From the NCBI GenBank assembly GCA_964234715.1, contig OZ174275.1: a DNA stretch of 64,000 nt, one strand, 5' to 3'. This DNA comes from Podarcis melisellensis. Its lineage: Eukaryota. Each line of letters begins with the position of its first letter. Positions within the stretch are counted from its first letter, which is position 1. The notes under the pieces are model-generated. The model was not told the origin of the DNA and made no database searches. It worked only from the letters and a program-made list of their open reading frames with translations. A program made the position numbers and the translations under genes. Shown one piece after another: positions 1-12,550 of the stretch.

Positions 1-3000
1 TTCCCCAGGGTATGTAAACACACACAATAGGTTTCTCACCTCTCTCTTTTTTTTACATAAAAATTGTGTGTGGCCTTGAGGGCGGGAGCCAGTATGGCGA
101 GCACCTTTGTGTGTGGAGTATATTGCCCAACAAACCTGAAACACCAAACATCAGGCTAGATGGGCTCTGGCTTTGCAGTGGTACAGACATGTTAGGAGTC
201 GCTAGAGACAGATTGGGAGCAGGGGGTGGGGCAGGTTCTGCCTAATTGATCTTCCTGACTGGCAACAGCTGCTGTGCCTTAGCAAGCTGCCACAAGTGAT
301 GCAGAAAAATGCATTTTTGTTCCTATGCGTGCGTGTTTTTTAGTGGGCGGAAAGGCAATTTGAGCATGCTTCCTAGAAGTAAACAAGCAAACCTTTTAAT
401 GCAGTTGAGATGGTGTGTAATGCAAGAAGCAGCTGCTTTTAATTTGATTGTTACTTCATAGAAAATGGGCTACTTAATTGGATTGATCTGGAGGTCACTT
501 GTTTTCCTATTCCTAGGAACAAACACACTTAAAGATGCACAATGCTGATTGCTATTTTTGCGGTAAACAGATCATCTTGGTTCTCTTCCAGCGACTGCCT
601 CCTGTGCTAGGAAATCGGGGTATTTATATTTCATAAAGTGTTGTGGAGGTGCTTATTGTGGGGCCAGAGTGAGGTAACTGCAGAGGCCTGGGAAATGTAA
701 AAGGTGATTTTTTTGTGCAGAAACAAAAATAAAAATGGTCTGCCCTGAGCACTTTGGCAGCAATAAACAATTTCTGCAAAAATTCTGCAACAGCTGTCAT
801 GTCTTGTAAGCATGTCTGCAATCCCAGGATCCACAGCAGGACTGTACTTATGGATGGCCAGCCTTTCAGAAAGGTTTTATATCCAACGCAGTGCAATATC
901 ATGAAAATCTCGGTACTGATTTAAGATCATTAAGCAGAGCTGAGCTTTTCTTGAAAATCTGATTCACTGTGCTCCCAAGCACAACATGGTACATGGGCTA
1001 CCCAAATTCACAATTTCCCCCAGGTAACAATACTGTTACACAATTAACGCAATGCTGTTCCTCGTATGTTGCAGTAGATGAGACATCTTTCCCAGAAGTA
1101 GAAAGTGTGGAAAGTGCAAAAGAAAGAGAAATGTGGATAAGCCCTCAGTTATGGAACATCCTATTTTGGCAGCAGGTCAAAACCTTATGGTTCATGAAAG
1201 ACTTTTAAATAGTGTATGTATGTAGTCTGGATGTCTCGCTGTTCAAATCTATGTGTTTTAAATTTATGGGTAAAATTAATTTCTTGTATTTGTGTCTTTG
1301 ATTTCACAATTCATTGTCTTATTTCACCCCCCCCCCATACTTACTTATTGTAGTTGCCCAGTGAACTTTCTGTTGTGGAACAGCAAACAGCATGCATCAA
1401 TAAACCAAATAGCCTGTGGTGGGCATCTACTGATGACATCACTGTTTATGAGCAACCAAACACATTCCTTCATGATAGACTTTACAAACTTTTAAACCTC
1501 TTTATAGACTCGATGCTTTGCACCCTATGCTCCTAAAGTGCAGAGATCTTTATCGAGCCTTTTACAAATACAATGAAAAAGCTAAATACTAGCAAAGGTC
1601 TTCCACTGCCACCATTCTGCAGTGATGCCCTGTCATTTTGAGAAACATGCACACACTACCTAGGAATGTAATGTTTAGCATTTTGAAGAAGAGGTGGTCA
1701 CATAAAGGCAATGCCTCATTTCCTCTGTATTTATTGGGAAGTAGAAACAGCATAACTACCATATAGCTCTCAATTTAACATAACTGCCTGTGGGCTTTCC
1801 TGGAATTGTCATTCCACCAAACAGGGCAGATACAAAAGAGGAAAATGAACCTTTTGCATCAGAAGCATTTATACCGGGTGCTGCAGCAATGGCAGAGTCA
1901 GCACTAAAGAGCTCTAGGAGACGGAAAAGAGACAAAGGCGGAGGATTAACAGCTGACATCCTCCTATAAACCATGAGAGCAACAAAGCTGGCCATGTATA
2001 ATGTGAGCTGGTCTCAGGACAGGCTGCTTACAAGGAGAGTTCATTGTTAGCCTACTTGCTGAGCCACAACTCAACTGTAAACCATAGCTCAGGGTTGTCT
2101 GGAACGGGAAGAGAATAAATTCTAGCAGTAAGAAAGTTAGGAAAGAGGTTTAGAGCTTTTCCCAAAGTGCTTTGGTCCAAAGGCATAGATTTAGCTGGGC
2201 ATTAGATGTGACAGAAAGAGTATGTAACATGCTGAGTGAAAGCTTAACGGCTGAAGATACATCCAGTCTAAGGTTGCTTTCAGCAAGCGTATCCAAGCTC
2301 ATCTTGGAGCAAAACCAACCTGTGGCATTCCAGCAAAGTTTCCTGGTGATCTGTTCACACATTCTTTTAATATCATTCTGCCGGGTTGCTAAGGTCTATG
2401 GGAGCAGCTGCCTGCTTTCTATTTGCTCAGGGGATATTCCGACATAATGTGTGAAATCCTTCAGAAACACACACCACTTTCCCCACCATCAGCTGGAAGA
2501 CTACAAATGAAAAGTGTGGTTTAAAGTGCAGTGCTCAGACACATTGCTGGCATCTAACATGAGATAAAGAGAAGTGTGGCCTCAACCTGTGGCAGGGACT
2601 GAAGGAGAGGTGTCACATGACAAGAAGGGGGAATTAGGGTGGCAGAGCACTGGAGAGGGATGAAGGGAGCACAGGTGAGAAAGCCTTTGTTCCAAGGTGA
2701 GATCTAAAGGCTAAGCACCACAAACAAGTATCCGTCTTCGCAATTCAAGGCTCTGGATTAAATTTTGAGTAAACCAATTCTATTGTTTGACAAGAAATCT
2801 CCACTGGTGTTTTGAACCACAGATAAGTGTACTTCTCTCTCTGGCCAACTCACCAGTTCTATATTTTAAGCGGTTGTTGTAAACAACTGACTTTTCTGCT
2901 AAGCCTGCACGCCAAACATACAAATCCGTTTGCTCCTCACCTCCAGTGTACATGTATAAAACTCTCTGAACAAGAACAGCATTACTGTAGTTACTATATA

Positions 3001-4546
3001 AAGTATAAGGAAGCAACAAATGCTCTTAATGTAGACTGTTGTTCCTGTTTCTGCTGCAATTTAATTGTGCCAATATCCAGATGTTGACCTTTAAAATTTG
3101 CTGGCAATTTCCTCCTTTCCCCTCCCATGCCCCAATATCTATCCTCCCACCCTCATACCTGAAACAAAACATGTATACAGTAAATAAGTTTAGCTTTTTA
3201 TTAATCAGTAGCTTTTAGAAGGTATTATTTTTTTAATGTCAGAATGCCGCTATCCATGGGAGCAATACAATATTTCAAAAGACAGCTCATAGTACAGTTT
3301 CTTTTCCACTGGTTGACATTGGTGAACACCCTACATTGCACATGTAGACCTCCCCTTCCTCTCCTCTCCCACTGAACTCCCCCCTGAGCCCCTCATCTGC
3401 CCTAGAGGCTGACTCCATTCTGCTGAGAGTGCCTGTTCTGCTGGCAGGTGGACATCAATGGATTTCACCTATGGCTGAAAGCGCCTTTCAAATTCTTTGC
3501 CACAAAAGGACTGTCTATAGTCACTAATCACATGGCAGGCTAGAGATAAGGGAATGGTTCGGGGGCTCTGTGTGGGAGATAAGTGCTGCACAGATTTTTT
3601 GTCAATTTCATTGATAAATCTGACTCGTCTCTCTTACAGCAAGCATAATGCATAGAGCCTGAATACACACAAAACAAAACCCCGTTCAATTCCTTTACAC
3701 AGCCTATGTATGTATTGCTTTCCCAGACACCTCACTTCTCCAATTGTTGCTTTTCATGCCGTTTATTTCTACCTGCTCCTAGCTTGCACATACACGTATA
3801 CACATATGGGGCACACACGTCACCGACACCGCCCAAAATCACAACTGGGATCAGAACAACCTTTACACCTCTCCTTGTCCATTTATTTCAGCAAAGAGAT
3901 TTGGATTGGGCCATTAGTCATATCCAGGTTTCCTTCTTTTTGGTTTTGCGGGTCCTTCTTGTCCCTTCCCTGCCCACCTCCCTGAGGTTTTCAGTTCAAG
4001 CCCTGGGATTCCCTGTCAGCTGCACGTCCTGCTGTGGCCCACCGGTGAGCGAGGGTGGTGGGAGAAGGCAGCAGCAAACCTTGGCAAGGGCAGTGACCAC
4101 AAGAGGTGGTGGACTCTCCTTCCTTGGAGGTTTTTAAGCAAATGGTGCCCCCAGTGGCTACCTCAACTGCCTGTTTTGTTGGAGTGGCCCTTTCATTTGG
4201 CACTCAAATGGCGTTGCATTGCGCATTCCGTATCCTCTTGTCCATTTCAACAATTGTGTGCAGGCGTGGGAGGTACCCCTTGGGACTGGGAAGGTGGGAG
4301 GCAGGGAGAGCAGCAGGGTCAGATCCCATAATACTGCTGAACCAACTAATTCTAGTTTGTTCCTGTCCGCCTCCCTGCTGAGTTGTAACACTAAGAATGA
4401 AGAGGAGGAGGAAACTGACAGGCAGGGCCCTCAACTGGACTGGTGCAGCTCACTGAGGTTGGTAGGGGCAGTGCCCCATTTGCCCTAATAGATCAACCTC
4501 CGACAATTGGGAGTAATCTAGAAGCTGCTTCCTTTTTTGCATCCTG

Positions 4547-4692
4547 GAATTACTTCTGAGTTGGAAGGGACCCTGAGGATCATCTAGTGCAATCCCCTGC
4601 AATGCAGGAATATGCAGCTGCTCCATAGGGGGATTGAACCTGCAACCTTGCCATTATCAGCACCATGCTCTAGCCAACTGAGCTATCCCGGC
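4547..4692 (-). mobile_element. tRNA-Ile-derived SINE with CR1-derived 3' tail
   Basis: The minus strand reads as a tRNA-Ile-like head (gatagctcagttggctagagcatggtgctGATaatggcaaggttgcaggttcaatcccc), followed by a CR1 3' end (ctagatgatcctcagggtcccttccaact). Confidence 0.85.
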
Positions 4693-5651
4693 TGTGTATG
4701 CTACATACATGCAGGTGATCATAGCACGAGCCCATCTTAAGGTGTTGGTCCACTGCCAATGGCCTCGATGGCCCAGCTCTCCAAGAAGCAGACATCCCTC
4801 CTGGGAGAGGAGCCACTGTCCTTTAGCCCTCTCTGCATGGAAGAATGGGCAGCTCTCATGCAGCTTGTCAGTTTCACTCACTTGTGGCAAGCCTGCATTT
4901 CCAAGCCAGGCTAATGTTTTATGGGAATCGATATGTCAGCCCTTATGAAAGAACAACACGGTGAGTGATAAGCAACTTGGGTTCATAAAGCACAGATCGT
5001 GCCAGACAGACTCCAATAGCCTCCTTTGACAAAATTGCAGATTTAGCTGACAAAGGGAATTTAATATAGCTAGATACAGAAAGGCTTTAGGCGGAGACCT
5101 ACACAAAGCATCTTTTCTAATCAGAAAGCATCAGAGTTTTTCTTATCAAAGTGTTGCACAGATAAATATTAATACAACACATGAGGCAACTTGGTGTTTA
5201 GAAGCTCCAGATGCAAGGTTCAGGGTTTTAAAAGTACAGCTGGTTGCGAAGGTCCTGGGAAAGGGTGGCAGCCTCCCAGGAAACAGCTGGAGGAGTGGGA
5301 TTTCCTACAGTTCACACAAGATCACAGCTGGAAAGTTATCTAGTCCCAACTGGGTATCCCCCAAATCTTTTGGACTACAGCTGCCATTAATCCAGTGGTT
5401 AATTGGAAACAAAGTTGTGGAAACAGCGTTGTGCTTTGGAAGGTCTAATTATGCTGAGTATCTGTTGTTTTTGTGTTGGCTTTTAGCTGTCTTACAAAGG
5501 ATATGTTTTAGATTGGTTAAAACTATATTTTATTGGTTATGCTTGTTTTATAAGCTGCTTTGTGAAGAATGTTCCTGGAAAAGCAGGTTATGCATCTGTT
5601 AAAAGAAATAAATAATCCCCGATCACTGGCAATGATGGCTTGGGTAATGGG

Positions 5652-5779
5652 CAGAGCTTTTTTTCCAGTCGGGACTCAGTTCTGGCACCTCTCAGGTGGG
5701 CGCCATTGCCATTCTAAGAGAACAAGGGAGGCATTCATGGTGAGTTCCTGCACCTCTTTTTCTAGAAAAAATAGCACTG
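5652..5779. mobile_element. hAT-type MITE nested in another MITE
   Basis: TIR-like ends cagagctttttt / aaaaaatagcactg. 8-bp TSD gtaatggg / gtgatggg (7/8 match). Confidence 0.65.
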
Positions 5780-5981
5780 GTGATGGGAATTGTAGTCTAA
5801 AGCATCAGGTTGGGTCCAATCCCAAAGACCCATCAGCCTGACAGATCACAAGCCAAGAGCATGAGTGCTCGCCTGAAAAAGCCATACCCACCTAGTCTCA
5901 CAATCCTTTACCTCCAATGAAGGCTGATAGTATATGTGAAGCATTCTAAGAGCCAGAGAGAATGGCAACTTTTTGAAAATA

Positions 5982-6207
5982 CAGTGGTACCTCGGGTTAC
6001 ATACGCTTCAGGTTACAGACTCCGCTAACCCAGAAATAGTACCTCAGGTTAAGAACTTTGCTTCAGGATGAGAACAGAAACCATGCTCCGGCAGCGCGGT
6101 GGCAGCGGGAGGCCCCATTAGCTAAAGTGGTGCTTCAGGTTAAGAACAGTTTCAGGTTAAGAATGGACCTCCGGAACGAATTAAGTACGTAACCAGAGGT
6201 ACTACTG
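5982..6207. mobile_element. Tc1/mariner (Tigger-like) MITE
   Basis: TIRs cagtggtacctcgggttac / gtaaccagaggtactactg, flanked by TA on both sides. Confidence 0.85.
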
Positions 6208-8010
6208 TATATGGAAAGGCACCATCCTGTTTGACTCAAGGCTGCCCACTCTGAATATGTGATAAATAAGTGAAATATCTCCATTGAGAATATTGCTGAG
6301 AAGAGCTAGCTGACAGCCCGTCAACAAATCATTTATGCAGAACACCCATGCAGCCAGTTAGGAGCAGGAAGTGCCAGGTCAGTCTCAATCTGGCTGCTCT
6401 CAAAAATCTTCATTAGTGGTTTTGGAGGTGAAAATACATTGCAATATTGATCATGTTCACGGATCAAACAAGGAGGGCTTGTGAAAACAGCAGATAAATG
6501 GAATCACTTAGTGACGGAGAGACCTAAGCCAAATGGATGAGTTTAAATGGGATGAGATTTAATTTAGATACAGTAAATGTAAAATACTCTATAATAGCAC
6601 CCAGCATGGGGATGCATAATAGAAAAGTATTACCTTTCTCTTTAGGCAGCCCAGAAAAAGGATTGGTTGGGGCGGCAAGACAACATACCGATAGCTGCAA
6701 AGGACAAGGCCTAGCAATGTGACAGAGCTCCCAAGAGCGATGAACAGAATGGGATTTGTAAGGAAGGAGAGCTGTCGGATAACATATCTGATTATCTCCT
6801 TGATACACAATAAGAGGGCATACATCCTTGGAAGACACCCTTCTAGTCTAAAACGTTTGGACTTGCATGTCTCTTGAAAAATAATTAATATTAGGAAGTG
6901 GTCCTAGGAATGAAAAGCTGCCCCAGAAAATCTAGATATAAAGGTGTATAGCATTAGTGAGCACATAATAAAAGCATGCAGATTTTATATATCACGGATG
7001 TATGGTGAGCATTTCTCTGGCTTACATTCATCCCTTATGGCCTTCTGAGTCATTATATGTTCTTTTCTTGGGATAAGCTTTGTGCCTGAATATAACGAGT
7101 ACAGGTTTTGCTACACCACGTAGAACAAACCAAACGTATGGATCTTAGTGCAGATGGAGCACTTTGAGGACTGGTATACAGACCAATCAAAATATTAATG
7201 TGAAATCAAAATGTGAATGAGCCCATTTCTTCCTGTTCCGGGACCAAGTCCATGGAACAGTCTTCCAGCAGAGATTCCTCTGAATGTATCCTCCTTGGCT
7301 TTTGGGAAGGTGCCCGTTTTCAGCAGCAGAGAGAGTCATGCCTTGCTCGTGAGTGAATGGGTGCTGGGTGAAATATACAGTGCCTCTATGTCCTCTGTGA
7401 GTTTTGTAGCTGATATATTTGTGTGTTGTTTTAGCTATGTGATTGTTGTGAGCTGCCTCACGCAGGCTGGAGAGAAGTGGGAGGCAAGCCTATTAAAAGA
7501 AAGCAGCCAAATAGCCATTGGGAAGTGGATACTTGGCAGCACACCGGGTGCAGGAAATAAAATGTGAATTGTGAGCTGCAGGTTGTGATGTAGTAAAATC
7601 AACAGCAAGGCTCCCATTGTTTTGTTTTGCTTTGAATGGGAAGTGGGTAGCTCCATGACTGTGCTTGGAGGTAGGGAGGATCACCTCGTTTCAAATATCC
7701 TTTTAAACAGGGCACCACGTCCGTAGGCAGAGGAGGAGGTGGCCTGCTTCCTTCATTTTCCTGCCAAGAGAGGGCTGGGAAGAAGGATTTGTTTCTGGAG
7801 GCAAAGGGGAGAATGCTCTTCCACTGGGCCCACTTGGCAGAATGGCAGTGGCAGGTTGCAGTGGGTGGAGGTGGAAGACTGCTTAAATTGGAGAGATCAT
7901 TATCTTGGCTGGGCAGGAATCTTTTATTGCACGGAATCTGCTCCTCGCTGCTCACAAGTGCCCTGAAAAGTCTCTTTGTCTGCAATAAGAGTGATTAGAA
8001 GGTAAAAACA

Positions 8011-8013
<3 letters not shown>

Positions 8014-8080
<67 letters not shown>
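8014..8080. repeat. (GA)n microsatellite
   Basis: Perfect GA dinucleotide run. Confidence 0.97.
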
Positions 8081-8085
<5 letters not shown>

Positions 8086-9289
8086 TGCCAACCCTAATGG
8101 GCTCCGTGTGCGAGAGAGAATAGGAACCCGCCACAATGCTAAGGGGAATGTGCTTCCCTTATAGCAAATGAAGGCAATCTTCAAATTCCCTGCTAGTTAA
8201 ACGGCCCTCTGAGACAGAGTGATTCACCAAATCTATGTGCCGGAGACATGCTATACTTGCTGCTTGCATGATTTCAGTTATTTAGTGAAGAAAATAACCT
8301 TCCCACCCTCCCCAAAATTGACCTTTCATTTGGACTGTGTGGGTGTTTTATCTTTCCTGCCCATTCCTCCCCCCACTGCCGTAAGTCATAAGATACCACC
8401 AGCATTTTCTTGGCTGCTCTTGATGACATGGCTTTAAAGAGCGGTTAGGCTTCTCTAAATACTCAGCAGCTTGGCCAGATTCCAAGGAAGAAATGAATTG
8501 AACCAAACATGCGACCCTTTCTCGCCCTGCTGACTGAGGGGAAGTGGGAGAGGGGGTTGCAGGAGCGCAGCTGACAGCCCCACACAGCCCCAGCGACTGC
8601 TGAGGAATGCTGCCAGGACCACTCCCTGCCAGGGCTCCTGCCTAAACAAATTGGATGGACTGCTAGACTCACCAAGGTTCCACACTCCCTCTCTGGGCCA
8701 CACGATCATGGCATATGCATCCTTCCGAGCTACTTGGGCATCGTGGCAAACAGTGCCATCCTGCATAGAATTATGCCCCTGCTGAGTTGTGTTTACTTCC
8801 AAGGGGTGCCCAGGGGCCACATCTGCTGTTGGCCAACCTCCCAAGGCTGCATATCAGTGGAGGACGTGGCCAAAACAAAAGTGGGCTTTACCAAAGACCG
8901 AGCATGAACACACACCCGACAGGCTGGTATGAATATGCAAACCCTGCTCTTCCACTGGGTAGCAAAGTGGGGTGTCCTCCCCATTGCAGTGCTGTGAAAA
9001 GAGGTTCCTCTTCTCCCAGCCCAGCACTGCCATGGGGAGGAGAAATCAGTCCTGCTGTTCTTCAATCTCCAAAGAGCACAGACAGTGGTTTTCCTCCCTA
9101 TCACAGACCAGAAGGGAGAGAAATACCCCTGCCCCTTGCAATACTAGCAAAGAGCAGAGTATTCTGATATGCTTGCAATGGGAAATGAGAGGAAGAAGAG
9201 GCACAGGTTCACCATGGGTTGTATAGAACTGCAGCTTAAGAGACTGATACATCTCTATCATAATTTTGCTTGCCAGCAAGCTGCTCCTA

Positions 9290-9639
9290 GAGACATGGGT
9301 GGCACTGTGGGTTAAACCACAGAGCTTAGGACCTGCCGATCAGAAGGTCGGCGGTTCGAATCCCCGCAACGGGGTGAGCTCCTGTTACTTGGTCCCTGCT
9401 CCTGCCAACCTAGCAGTTCGAAAGCACGTCAAAGTGCAAGTAGATAAATAGGTACCACTCTGCAGGAAGGTAAACGGCGTTTCCGTGCACTGCTCTGGTT
9501 CGCCAGGAGCGGCTTAGTCAAACTGGCCACATGACCCGGAAGGTGGACACTGGCTCACTTGGCCAATAAAGCGAGATGAACGCCGCAACCCCAGAGTCGG
9601 TCACAACTGGACCTAATGGTCAGGGGTCCCTTTACCTTT
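9290..9639 (+). mobile_element. Sauria SINE, full length
   Basis: tRNA-related head (ggttcgaatccc B-box), characteristic body and (accttt) tail. Perfect 12-bp TSD aagctgctccta at 9278-9289 and 9640-9651. Confidence 0.92.
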
Positions 9640-9814
9640 AAGCTGCTCCTACTCAGTCCTGGTATCTCCACTACACTATGGGGGAATTGAAACACTAGAA
9701 ACAAAAATATACAACTGAATAGCCCCAGCACAGGACTACTGCAACTCGCCAGACCTGTTAAGAAAGCCCAAACTCTAAGCATAGCTTCAGAAGGCCTCCC
9801 ATTGACTCTCCCTC

Positions 9815-10100
9815 AGTGCACCTCAGAGAAACAGGGCCTTTTCAGGAGTGGCACCACAGCTGTGAGGCTTCCTTTCTTAGGAGCTCCACCACATACCTTC
9901 TCAGTTTAAAATGGGCTTTGAAAACGCTTTTATTCCAAAAGAATGGATGGCTTTATTGTCTCCGAGATGCATTAGCTCTCTGTATACTTAGTATTTTAAA
10001 AAGAAATATGGTTTATTATTGTGCATTTATTTTGATTACAGTACTAAGATTCCATGTGGGAATGTTTTATCGAAAGGCAGGTTGTCAATCAAAGTAAATA
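9815..10100 (+). mobile_element. Old L2-clade LINE 3' fragment
   Basis: Has the motif agggccttttcaggagtggcacc...tttgaaaacgcttttattcc typical of the L2 ORF2 end and 3'UTR. Confidence 0.5.
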
Positions 10101-12532
10101 AGTAAAATGTGAGTGTTGCCAAGGACTGAGCTTGCTGTCAAGTGCCCCCCCCATGCATATATTTAATATTTGCAGAGTCCTTTCAGCCACTGTTTCCCTG
10201 CTAGAACACTGTGAGGTTGCAAAATATTGTTAGCCCCATATTATCAATGAAGTGTGGCTGGGGCCGAAGGATACTTTAGAGGTTGAGCATGTGCTTCCAG
10301 CTTGTGTTTTTGCGCAGTATGCTCTAAAACGGAATATTTTTCTTGTCTTTGTGGAGCAGCTGCAAAGAAACTCCTTTCTTCCATCATTGCTGCATCACCA
10401 GATGCCCCCAACATGATTGCAGAGCTCTTTGGGATTCTGAAGCCCGAGGAACAGGATTAAGGGGAGTAAGCAAGCAAGGAGCCACCTATGCATAACTGCA
10501 AAGGAGCAAAAAAGGTTGGGGCATGTGGACTATGTAACACCCTCTAGGGGGCTTGCTCTCACTTTGTGCAGGGCTTCATCCTTCCCCTGAAGTCACCTGG
10601 TCCTCCAGCTTTGTGCTTGCCCCCTCCCCCTGGCACCCTCTCCTTTTGTGTCCAGTTTATGCTGCACGGCAGCAGCAGTGTAAGAGACTTGCTCTGCTTC
10701 CAGACTACCTAAGGACTTTGTGCAAACTAATGTCATCCAAGATCCTTTATGCATCCCAGGGGTCTTGGAGGAACCAGATCTTTCTCCTTGGTGGGAGGTC
10801 AGACCTGTCCATGCCAGCCAGCATCTTGCTACCTTGTATGATCGTTGCCTTTCCCCCTTTTGAAAACCACATGCTGCATCTCTATGCTAAGAAGAGGTGC
10901 ACCTGTTGAATATCTACCTGTAGCTCACCTTTGAAAAGAGCAGTCACTCCCCCCCCCCCATGTGTGTGTCTGTGTGTGCACGCCTGCCATACTTGATTGG
11001 CACTGGACAGCCAGTGCTGTTAATATCAACAAAAACATTTGGCTCAAGAGCCTGTTCCATTAATTACCACAAGTGGAAGAACATCAGGGTAATTAAACAG
11101 GGTTATGAAAGGGTAGTTATCGCCGATTAAAAGGGGAAAGTTGCTGAAAGTGTTTCAACAATCTGTTGGTGGAGGGAGAGAAGGGGATTCACCTTTGGTA
11201 TTTACTCTTTTTAAATTGGTGGCCAGATGTGTTATGTTACCATATTACCAGCAGTTATGCCACCACCTGAGCCTGTTTTATTGTCATCTGGCCGGGAACC
11301 AGGCCATGATCATCCCTGGTGCTGGTCTCCTATTGGACAGTGGGAAGCTATTTGTATAGTAGCCTACATTCCAGATAGGCAGAGGTCATGTCCCCATCCT
11401 TCATCCAGGTAAGCAAAAAGCATCATCAGACTTCAAGGGCACCTTCCAGCCAGGCAAAAGCAGTTGAGAGAGGAGAGTGCAGAGCATTGCCAGGGAGGCT
11501 TTCTGGAAAGGTGGTGTTGCCTGGGGAGAGTCCCAAGAGGGGTGGTGGGGAGGAACAGAGGTAGCTGCATCTGGCTAGAGATTTCCCATCCAATTTAAAA
11601 TGATGAAAAGTGACCTGAGCCAAAGACGATACAGACTTAATAAGGTAACTTTCTCCTCTGCAGTTTTAACCCATATTTATAATTGCCAGTGGAGCTTGCC
11701 TCCTTGATATTTAATGGCAGCAAAGACAGAGTGAATCTCTGAATGGAGTTTTTAGTCATGGTTGACTTGGGTTCAAATTCTACATTCTCAGCTGGCAAGA
11801 GTCTTTAGGCAGGTTTTTGGGTTTGGTTTGGTTTGCCTCATGTCTTCACCATGTGAAGGGAAAACAATTCGAACCCATCTCAAGAAGATGTGCCATTTTA
11901 GAGCACAGTGTTCACACCTTTGTTATACCTATCACACTCAAAGCCTAAGTTGTGATTTCAGTAAGCAGACAGATCCCGCTTTTACCAAATTGAGATAGTC
12001 ACTGCTCTAGCTCAGGTAAACCAAGGATGGGGAGCACAAGACACACACCCCATGTTGTTGAGCCATGGCTCTCATCTATACCAAGCCACTGGTGTGGAAC
12101 TGATGAGAGCTGGAGCCAATGAATGGCTGGAAGGCCATGGCTTCTCTATCCTTAGGGAGCTGGAAAAGTATTACTGAACACATCAATGCCATGGGTGGAG
12201 CACCAGATTGAGACTTTCTCTGCTGACAATTCACTATTGAAGGAATGGGGTCCTTAAGAAACATACTTTTTGATTCAGGATTAGCAATGAATCACACAGA
12301 GAGACACACAGGCATCTTGGCTGATAAGAACACCAGCCTATTTTGCTTTCCACTGCAGAGAGAGGGTGGCTCAACTTGTGCTGTAGTGGCAGTGGATGAT
12401 TCGGTAACCACAGCTGCAGGACACAAGGCAGATGCAGAGTTCACTGTAAGGACAAACAAAAGCAGCACTCCTTGCTCTTAGCCTGCAGCATGCTATGTTT
12501 GGCATTTAAATATACATACTTGTGTAATGTCA

Positions 12533-12550
12533 AGCACCACCTAGTGGTCA
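12533..12550 (-). promoter_or_regulatory. Candidate CTCF site (TGACCACTAGGTGGTGCT)
   Basis: Close match to the CTCF core consensus CCASYAGRKGGCRS. Motif only. Confidence 0.4.

Larger units (their letters stand above)
4930..6800 (+). mobile_element. Highly decayed CR1 reverse-transcriptase remnant, interrupted by younger elements
   Basis: Recognisable CR1 ORF2 motifs appear in the correct order: QLGFIKHRSCQT and FDKIADLADKGN (about 4970-5060), KIFIS and LIMFTDQT (about 6400-6470), WMSLNGMRFN (about 6530-6565). Frameshifts and stops throughout. Boundaries approximate. Confidence 0.6.

Noticed and set aside
1756-2447. Protein-like ORFs near the window start
   Set aside because: No recognisable homology or convincing splice signals.
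4619-4692. Possible tRNA-Ile gene
   Set aside because: It is fused to a CR1-derived tail and has stem mismatches, so it is a SINE.
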